Assembly: GCF_001194135.2 (NCBI RefSeq)
Contig: NC_068985.1
Coordinates: 39,133,142-39,165,972, forward strand
Length of the DNA stretch: 32,831 bases
Direction: 5' to 3'
Source of the DNA: Octopus bimaculoides
Lineage: Eukaryota
Below the pieces are notes generated by a model. The model was given only the letters and a program-made list of their open reading frames with translations. It was not told the DNA's origin and searched no databases. This document shows positions 23,997 to 32,831 of the stretch, in pieces. The translations under genes were made by a program, and so were the position numbers. Numbering within the stretch: the stretch's first letter is position 1; each line of letters begins with the position of its first letter.

Positions 23997-24160
23997 GCGA
24001 GCTGGCGGAATCGTTAGCACGCTGAACGAAATGCTTAGCGGTATTTCGCCCGTCGGTACGTTCTAATTTCAAATTCTACCGAGGCAATTTTTGCCTTTCA
24101 TCCTTTCGGGGTCGATCAAAATTTCAGACCTTGTGCCTATAGGAGAAAGAATAATTATCA
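23997..24160 (+). mobile_element. SINE-like family A, tail type 3, with internal deletion
   Basis: GCGAGCTGGCGGAATCGTTAGCACG...TTTCGGGGTCGATC is joined directly to AAAATTTCAGACCTTGTGCCTATAGGAGAAAG. Confidence 0.85.
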
Positions 24161-24849
24161 TTATTTTTATTTGTTTTTAATAAAGAAACCATTTTATTGG
24201 GGTTTGTGTCATTATTTATTCTATTTTTGCGACCCATGAACAATAGTGTCGTTCGTTATCGTATATTTTCCAGTGGTCAATCATTAGTTTACTAGTACAT
24301 TGCTTTTATGACCACATGAATAATATCTGTAAGTCAACGTCGAACTAATATATCAAGGGGCTTCGTTTGCTGAGCAGTAATGCTCTTGGTTTTCTTTTTG
24401 ATGTATAAGTAATTCACCTACGCACATTGATGAACTATATGTATACATACTCACATCTTGATTATTACACGTATATGAAAGACAGCCACACAGTTTTTTT
24501 TTTCTACGAATTTCCATTCGAAATGTTTTGGTGAGCCTGAAGTTATGGTGTAAGTCACTTATGCAATGTGTTATGTAATAGGATCAAGCTCTATGCAATT
24601 AAAAATGAAAGTGCGGTGACTGTTTTGCTTTGTTTTGTTTGTTTTTTCTAGCGTGGTCGTGGTTACTCTAAGACAGAAAAATTATCAATATTACATTGAG
24701 TTTTTGAAGAAAATCAAATGAGATCGGAATCTGAACTTAAAAAGTTGAGGAAACCAGTTAGACTTTATAATATACTAAGAATATATAGTACCAAGCTTGT
24801 AGTCACAACTAACTGTAAAATATCTATAAATACTTTCATTCTATTATTA

Positions 24850-24965
24850 GAAGGTTAATTTTGAATGGAAGCGTGTAACCAATATAATCAATAGCAGTGC
24901 ATTAACTTTATTGACCCCAGAACGGTGGGAAAATCTCGACCCTGGCAATATTTTGGAACGAAATA
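24850..24965 (-). mobile_element. Highly degenerate family A fragment
   Basis: Reverse complement GCCAGGGTCGAGATTTTCC...CTGGGGTCAATAAAGTTAA resembles the family A core. Confidence 0.45.
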
Positions 24966-25507
24966 CAAATCTGATGGATACTAAATACGGATACATTAAT
25001 ATATCATTCTTCTAACTGAATTTTATCATGGCTGTGTAAAAAAACTCTACTAGCTTTTGTAAATCTTCTGCAATGAAAGAATGATAGAATAGACTTAAGT
25101 GTGCAATGTCGAATAATTTGTATCCCTTAGCGCTATTTAGTTATTCTTCACTATGTTTTGCGTTCAAATTTTAACTCAACTTACTGAAGCCTTGAATATT
25201 TCTTGGTAAACAATGAAATAAATATCAGTCAAATGTCAATATCAATCAGAACGATGTAAGCCTTATATTGGCCTTGATCCAATATCGGATTGCTACCAAG
25301 TAATAACTAAAGAATACCAAAATCTATAATCTACCATTCTAAGTGTCTTATGGTAATTGGATATCTCACTGTACGTGCAGAGTTCAAATCTTGGTGCTCT
25401 TGACACAGGCTTCCATATATCAAGGGTCAGCAGAATATGAAACGAAAATTTCCAGTATATTTTCGTCCTTCACAATACAAACAATCGTTATTACTTGGAA
25501 GGAAAAG

Positions 25508-25700
25508 AAGCGACAAGCATGGAGAGTCTTCAGCACGCCGGACAAAATGCTTAGCAGCATTTCGTGGTTACGTTTTTTAAGTTTAAATTCTGCTACGGTC
25601 GACTTTGCCTTTCATTCAGTCAAGCGTTGGGGTCGATGTAACCAACTATTTTCCTCCACCAAAACTTCAGGTCTTCTGCCAATAGTAAAAAGGGTTATTA
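25508..25700 (+). mobile_element. SINE-like family A, tail type 3
   Basis: CAGCACGCCGGACAAAATGCTTAGCAGCATTTCG...GGTCGACTTTGCCTTTCA; ends CTTCAGGTCTTCTGCCAATAGTAAAAAGGGTTATTA. Confidence 0.85.
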
Positions 25701-26379
25701 CTTGTAAGGAACGCCTTGCTCGATCTTTATCAAGCCCTTTTCTTTGACAAATCTTTTTACTTTTAGCTTCACTCTTTAGTATCAACAAGAAAATCGAGTT
25801 TTAATAATAGTGAAAGAAATTATTTTAGAAATAGAGGGCAAGGTTCAGGTTTATTAGTGAAGAGATTGCCATTGCAAAATGTAGAATATGATAAATGGTT
25901 TTAGGACATATGCAAATGTTAACAAAATACTCCTACATACAATATGCAACGGCTGTCAGTGACACCAATCTTTTATTCGTCTGTCACTTGTCGAAATCAC
26001 GCAAGAGAAGGGGGAAAAAAAACCTTCCAATATTCTAACATTCAAATTCGTTTCAATCTCTGCCTTGCAATTTTCTTTTCCTTACTTTTTTTTTTTTTTT
26101 TTTTGCTTTATTACTTTTTATGCGTTTATTTCATCAACATTTCGTTCAATGAATGAGTATTGTTTTAGCTTTCAGAAACAATTTATTTATTTATCTATTT
26201 ACTTATTTATTTATTTATTCATTTATTCATTTATTTATTTTTTTAGCAAATGTGAATATTGAAAAAGAGAGTAATGTTTGTTGAGCAGTTTTGGGATTCA
26301 TTATCATCACCACAGTATTTTGTTATATTTCTGGGCCTCTCGGTTTTGCTTGGGTTGTATTACTGCTATTATTTCCACT

Positions 26380-26398
26380 AGCAGCAGCAGTGGCGGTG

Positions 26399-26474
<76 letters not shown>

Positions 26475-26510
26475 CGGTGGTGGTGGTGGTGGTGGTGGTG
26501 GTGGTGGTGT
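26380..26510. repeat. Compound microsatellite (AGC)n(AGT)n(GGT)n
   Basis: Direct reading. Confidence 0.97.
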
Positions 26511-27673
26511 TTATACTGGTGCTGGTGCTGAAGTGTTGGTCATGGATGTCTCGGTCATGATAGATTTACATACATTTGTTCAGTTTCTTTCGTTTCTGAA
26601 GAAACGACACAAGCTGCAAAATAAATAATGTAGCTGCAAACAATAAGTATGTAGCAAATCTTTCTTTGTTTCGTTTTATTTCACGCGATATACTTTGCCT
26701 TTTAAGTATCTTTTGAGCGATGCTGCATTTAAGAGGTTTCTACCAGGCTCTGAACATCTATAACTTGATTTTAATTATTCAAGTACGATGAACCACGTTT
26801 CTAAGTAAACCAGGCGTTGTCACCAATGTGCGAAATAGACTTTGAGCACAAATGCGTACTAGTTCATACAGTCTCACAAACCATAACACATATACACAAT
26901 CTCTCTCACCTCTCTCTGTCTCTTTCTTTTTCTCTTTCACACACACACATACACACATGCAGTGCAATATGTAGCTGTGTGTGCAAACATACATTACTAC
27001 GTGCATAAGGTGTCTTACATGTACATATGATAATGATATTTTATCGTCTAAGATAAGTTTTTATCATCAGATAAAAATTTCCTCAAGGTAGTTTCAAGTA
27101 AGGGAGATAACTCTATTAATATCAAATAAACCAAATTGTGTGGAAACGATGATGATATTAATGGGTATATCTAATGTAACGGAGATGTTCTGATAAACAT
27201 ATCGATAAGTCACATTAGCATGACGTGTTCAACTCAGTTGGTACTACTTAGAGGTGGCCATAATCGGGATATCAGAAGAAAGACAGTGATATAGAGCATA
27301 AAAATTTTGCAGTAGATGTTAAGCGGAAAATTCCTAAATACATATACAGCAGAATCTCCATGTGTTTGTTTGAATGTGTGTCCATGTGTGTGTATGTGTA
27401 TGAGCGCGCGCGCACATGTATTTATGATTATTTGCGTGTTTGTGTGTGTGCGTGTGTTCATGCGTGCGTGCGTGTGTTCATGCATGCATGCGTGTGTGTG
27501 TGTGTGTATGTGTGTATGTGTGTGCGCCTGTGTTTCTAGAAAATCGTTAATGATACCTGATGTATTTAGTGTTTAAAAGTTAACATGTCTCCAAAAATGT
27601 TTTGTAAATTTGCGATTGTTGTTGTTGTTGTTTAGCCATTGGTCTGGACTTGCTGGGCAGATATACGCAATTC

Positions 27674-28246
27674 GGATCTATTTTAAAACGGGGGCCACAT
27701 TTTTCATTAATGTTTTACGTAGTGTTTTTGGTACGGAAAGACTTTCAAACTTCGTATACTTATCTATTTTGTGTTATAGAACAGAAAAATATTTTTGTAT
27801 TCGAATTTATTTCATGTAAAAAATTGTCTTATTTCGATAATTTCAACCAATCACTGACAAGTATTCAGTTGTTTACATTTACTCCTTTGGCTGATTAAGC
27901 GATGCAAAGCGTATTTAATCTCCTTTCATTTTAAATTTGCTTTAACCCTAACCCTAACCCTAACCCTAGGGTTAGGGTTAGGGTTAGGGTTAGGGTTAGG
28001 GTTAGGGTTAATTGTTTCAGAATCGTCTGTTTATGTAGTTGGCACTTAATGTATATCGGCTGAATGGACGTCAGTGATTGGTTGAAATTACAGAAATACG
28101 ACAACTTTAACATGGAATAACTTATGGATTTCTTTTTTTTTTAAGACTACGAGAAAAAGATGTTTTATATGACACATTCTACCAGTGTTCCAAGTTTCAA
28201 AGTGTTTCGTTAATGAAAAATGTGGCCCCCGTTTTAAAAAAGATCC
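27674..28246. mobile_element. 573-bp non-autonomous TIR DNA transposon (MITE/foldback-like; Merlin-like termini) with a central telomeric palindrome
   Basis: The left TIR GGATCTATTTTAAAACGGGGGCCACATTTTTCATTAA (27674-27710) matches the reverse complement of 28210-28246 at 36/37 positions. The 8-bp direct repeat CGCAATTC lies immediately outside both ends (27666-27673 and 28247-28254). An internal inverted repeat matches at 21/21 (27838-27858 vs 28070-28090). Confidence 0.93.
27943..28010. repeat. Inverted interstitial telomeric repeat (TAACCC)4-TA-(GGGTTA)7
   Basis: Direct reading; symmetry centre CCCTAGGG at 27964-27971. Confidence 0.98.
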
Positions 28247-31200
28247 CGCAATTCTATATGATCAAAAATGTTGCAACCGTGACCATCCTACCTGTTTTCA
28301 TATCAACTGTTACATTATCCAGTTCAATGTATTATTCTTCACTGAAGATACTAGTGTGTTATTTGAAACCGCTTTTGCTGTTATTCTTTTGTACTCAAGC
28401 ATCCACATCGAGATTCGCTTCTTGATTTGTGTTTTCCAAAAATATGACTGTCAAGCAGTACAAATTTGGTGTGAAGCGTTCAGATCGCATGTCTAAGATG
28501 GTTTTATGTCATAAGTTAATGAAAATTGGATTACACAGGAAAATTGCCAGAGATTTCAACAAATAAATGTTAGATATTATCGCAAATAAAATTTGACAAG
28601 CATATTTGAACCTTGTCGGTAAGACTTCATCAATAAAAATGCATTTGAACCAGAACGTGAGTGTCACGTATAGACCTTATGCCAGCAAAGTAGTTGAGAA
28701 ATCCTTAAATCAGACATGGTCGACGATTTTATCTTCATTTGCAAGATTATTGTTTATCACAATAATTCTCAGAGACAAGTCTCATTGGTGGATGATGTTG
28801 GCAGACAGGTGTTAAGTATAAACGGAAGTAATTTATACCTAATAATTATCGTACATAGCACTCATTTATATATCTCTCTTTCTACATAGAAAATTGAAGG
28901 GATGTAAATACGGCTATGATACTCAGTGACTGTGGAAAAAAAGACTGTATAGCGTTCAGAACTGATATCCTGTTGTGTTACAGTAATCTGATGATATTCG
29001 CCCGTGTTAACAGTGGTCGGATTAGTAGTATGAACAAAGAATTTTGTCGAAGGAATTCAATGAATGCAGCACAGACACTCCAGTAGATCTGCTAGTCTAA
29101 AATTCTCACAATGCACGTTATCTTGGGATAAGTTTTCTATAGGATTTCTTTAGATGCATTGGTTATTTCACTATTTCGCATATCATCTATGGACACAACG
29201 TTATCGAATTTTCTGTTATCGGAATTCAGTGCAAAAAATAAATCTATATTTACGTCTTTCCTCCTATCTCTGTCACCCTGTATACACGCACATACACCGC
29301 ACAAAATCTACTCACACACACACACATATATATATGCATGTATGTATATATNNNNNNNNNNNNNNNNNNNNNNNNNNNNNNNNNNNNNNNNNNNNNNNNN
29401 NNNNNNNNNNNNNNNNNNNNNNNNNNNNNNNNNNNNNNNNNNNNNNNNNNNNNNNNNNNNNNNNNNNNNNNNNNNNNNNNNNNNNNNNNNNNNNNNNNNN
29501 NNNNNNNNNNNNNNNNNNNNNNNNNNNNNNNNNNNNNNNNNNNNNNNNNNNNNNNNNNNNNNNNNNNNNNNNNNNNNNNNNNNNNNNNNNNNNNNNNNNN
29601 NNNNNNNNNNNNNNNNNNNNNNNNNNNNNNNNNNNNNNNNNNNNNNNNNNNNNNNNNNNNNNNNNNNNNNNNNNNNNNNNNNNNNNNNNNNNNNNNNNNN
29701 NNNNNNNNNNNNNNNNNNNNNNNNNNNNNNNNNNNNNNNNNNNNNNNNNNNNNNNNNNNNNNNNNNNNNNNNNNNNNNNNNNNNNNNNNNNNNNNNNNNN
29801 NNNNNNNNNNNNNNNNNNNNNNNNNNNNNNNNNNNNNNNNNNNNNNNNNNNNNNNNNNNAGAGAGAGAGAGAGAGAGAGAGAGAGGAAGCTAGACAAAGG
29901 GTGAAAGACAAAAAAGACGCAGATATATAGGTGAAAAAAAATTCACGTGCAGAAGTACGTTATCATGAGAGTCAGTTTATTTCAATTCTGAAGAATCGCT
30001 TATGACATGAACATCATATACAATCGTGTATACCAATATTGAATTTATTTTGAATATTCTTTATAGAATTACTTTCTGTAATCTACTTTTAAAATTACAA
30101 TTACGTCTGTTGGAAGGAAAAGATTATCCTAAGTAGACAATGGTTGCTGAAAAAAAAACCTGCTTATATCCTTATGCAAGTCGTCTCTTTCTACGTTCTA
30201 TCATGTCTTATTCAATAATCATCTTTTATACGAGCCGTCCGAATATTCTGACAAAGCTTTTAGAGCGTTAACTAGCTGGAATGTATTTATGTCATGTATC
30301 TTATTTCTATTTTTACATGCGGCAACAGTATTGTCAATCATTCTTGTCCAGTTACTTAACAAATCCCCAACTTTTCAAGACAAAAAAGAAGCGAAATCGA
30401 CTTGCACTTACAGGAAAACCATTTTGGCGGTTATCTTTTGACAAAGCCAGAAAGTTTGGCTATCGTTCAAAATTATGAAAAGAATCCTACACGTGGCATC
30501 ATTTTCTCTAAGTCTATAAGACAAATCTAGCAAATGGTTGGTTCCAGCGCTTTTAGGAACTAATAGTAGCCAAGTTTTAACAAAATATATCATGCTATAT
30601 GATGAAAGAATAATACATCTCTCTAATACGTGTTGACACTTGTCAAGATTGGTTTTCCAATAAAAAATGTATATGTATATACACATATATATATGTATGT
30701 GTTTATATATATATATATATATAATACTGACACACATACATATGTACACCCCCTAAATATATATATTATATATATACACATATATTACATGTACATCTAC
30801 ACACTTATGTGTGTATGAACCTAAATAATATGAAGAGAAGAAAAACAGAAATACGTGTCTCTTACTGGTCTCTCCGGACAGATGTTATAACAATTTTAGA
30901 CAATGTGTTTCACTGAAAGATATAGCTTCAGATAGTATTATTCGATAACTGATATTTTTTTCTTTGTGCATTTTATTTATACATTGTTCTATATTTTTTT
31001 TGTTCCTATACATTTCATATATTACTTTTAGTTTTGCTGTCTTGTTATCTTTTAGCTTAATGGTGTACAGAAGTTTCTTGCTGTTATGGACATGTTTAAA
31101 ACTTGTTCTACGAGATAAGCCATATTAACATGAAGAACAAAAGATGTATGTAATGTTTCTAATAGAACCGTCTGATATAATACCCTTGTAGTGACTTTGA

Positions 31201-32189
31201 ATAAAATCATTGATAACATTATTTTGCTATTTAGGAACCGAAGAGTGATAAATGACGTTCATGATTTCTGGTAATCTAGAAAATATATATGCGTCAGTGT
31301 AGCCATTCTGTAATGTGCTTTCTTACACAACGACATATGAAATGTTAAAAATGAATACATCACCAACAGTCACATCAATGCCAACAAGACAATAGCAACA
31401 ATGCTAACGCAATAATCTAGTAATATTATGCTAACATAATGCTGGTTGTTTTTTGTAAGTAAGCGATGTATAGGTTGTTTTTCAAGCTCTTAGTCAGACT
31501 TGATAGAATAAAACTTTGCTCAAAGCATTCCATCCACGACCATTCTAATGGATTTCTGATTCTATACGCCTAGTACTACATAATCTAATTTATCGTTTTC
31601 TAATACGATCAAATTTAATTATTTCAAAGACATTGCACTGTTATCTCTAGTAGTTCAAGTAACCACACAAAGGTTCTGTTATTGACGTATTACTGATTGC
31701 GGCATGTACTTTAATTTAAAAAAGGAAGGTCTCTATTTCAATTCCCGGTCGCTGATATTTTGCTTATATAATTATAAATACATCTCTCATTCACAATTTT
31801 AGTATAAAGAATAAGTATCTAGTCTTATTTGCGTACGAAGATACCATCATTTGAGAAAAATTGTAACTGAGTTTTCTCTTCACAAATATGTTATAGTTAC
31901 GGCAGTAGGACTTACATTAATGGGACTTATATTACATGAAACGAGTAAAGATAAATGTCGTCTTACATAGGCATTAATCTTCATATACAGGTCTTATAAA
32001 TATCGTGTTGTACCAAAAGTACAACAATGTTTTCATTGCCTAGGACACTATCAGATTTCTAAAATACTGGGTACAGGTTTTCATTTATCACATAAGCACT
32101 TTGTGTCATATTTATATAAAGGGAATATGCACGCATACAGATACACATAATACACACACACGCACACACCTACACAAAGAACACACACA

Positions 32190-32490
32190 CAGATACGACA
32201 CTTCGATTGGAACATCGTTCCAGGGTTGGGTCTTGGTTCCGCCCGCGAAGGTCAGGAGTTCGCGATCCGACTCAGGTGTAGCAGGCAGCCGGTGATCCGA
32301 AATATGGCGATCAACACCAGGTCGGAACGAAAGCCAAAAGAAACTCTGATCGAAGTTCGAAGTGCCACTGATGTGCAAACTGATCGTTGGAAACGAGTGT
32401 AGAGGCGAAAGACCAATCGAGCCGTGTAGTAGCTGGCTCCTCAGGACGTAAGAGTGCGTGCGCGGTTGCATCAGTATTAATTAATCAATG
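32190..32490 (+). pseudogene. RNA28S: Dispersed, decayed 28S (LSU) rRNA fragment: conserved core just 3' of expansion segment D3
   Basis: 32294-32446 (GATCCGAAATATGGCGATC...GAAAGCCAAAAGAAACTCTGATCGAAGTTCG...CTGATGTGCAAACTGATCGT...GTGTAGAGGCGAAAGACCAATCGAGCCGTGTAGTAGCTGGCTC-CTCAGGA) is colinear with the eukaryotic LSU core GACCCGAAAGATGGTGAAC...GAAGCCAGAGGAAACTCTGGTGGAGG...CTGACGTGCAAAT...GTATAGGGGCGAAAGACTAATCGAACCATCTAGTAGCTGGTTCC...CCTCAGGA. About 13 nt are deleted before CTCAGGA. The outer boundaries are approximate. Confidence 0.85.
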
Positions 32491-32573
32491 GTAAAAGAAC
32501 ATGAGCTATTCAATCACTTCCATTTCCCTACAACTGTTACAACTATATGTTAGTACTTGTCTGACATATACTC

Positions 32574-32745
32574 CTTTATCTTTTAATTATTTCAGTCATT
32601 GACCTGCTGTCATGTTGAGGCAACTTCTCGAAGACTTTTAGTTTCAGAAATACGCCCCAGTACTTATATTTTAAGTCTGATACATATTCTATCGGATTCT
32701 TTTACCGCTAAATTACGGACATAAACGAACCAACAGTTGTCTTGC
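32574..32745 (-). mobile_element. SINE family B, degenerate 3' half
   Basis: Reverse complement ends CAACATGACAGCAGGTCAATGACTGAAATAATTAAAAGATAAAG and includes TAATTTAGCGGTAAAAG...ATAGAAT. Confidence 0.7.
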
Positions 32746-32831
32746 CGAATACCCTATCCAATAATTCACGCACCTTCACACACACATACATACGTATATT
32801 TGCAAAGATATATATATATATATATATATAT

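Noticed and set aside
27943-28010. Ancient telomere-telomere chromosome fusion site
   Set aside because: A fusion gives (TTAGGG)n(CCCTAA)n. Here the order is reversed and the array sits inside a TIR/TSD-bounded element.

Overview
AT-rich eukaryotic non-coding DNA from a gapped draft scaffold, with 8 N-runs that mostly abut microsatellites. The very high microsatellite density and the repeat families suggest an octopus or other coleoid cephalopod intron or intergenic region; this is my inference and no species marker was checked. No host protein-coding gene can be recognised. The long ORFs in the track are artefacts of N-gaps and simple repeats. Supported content: (1) about 11 copies of one SINE-like family with three alternative 3' tails, plus two further tRNA-headed SINE families; (2) the 3' end of a CR1-group LINE whose tail resembles that of one SINE family; (3) an internally deleted Tigger/pogo DNA transposon; (4) two decayed Penelope-like retroelements of different types; (5) a full-length 5S rRNA pseudogene and a decayed 28S rRNA fragment; (6) a 573-bp non-autonomous TIR element with 37-bp TIRs, an 8-bp target-site duplication and a central inverted telomeric (TAACCC)4-TA-(GGGTTA)7 palindrome. 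The telomeric-core element and the 5S copy followed by a SINE/LINE tail are the most unusual structures. All alignments were done by eye and no database searches were run.
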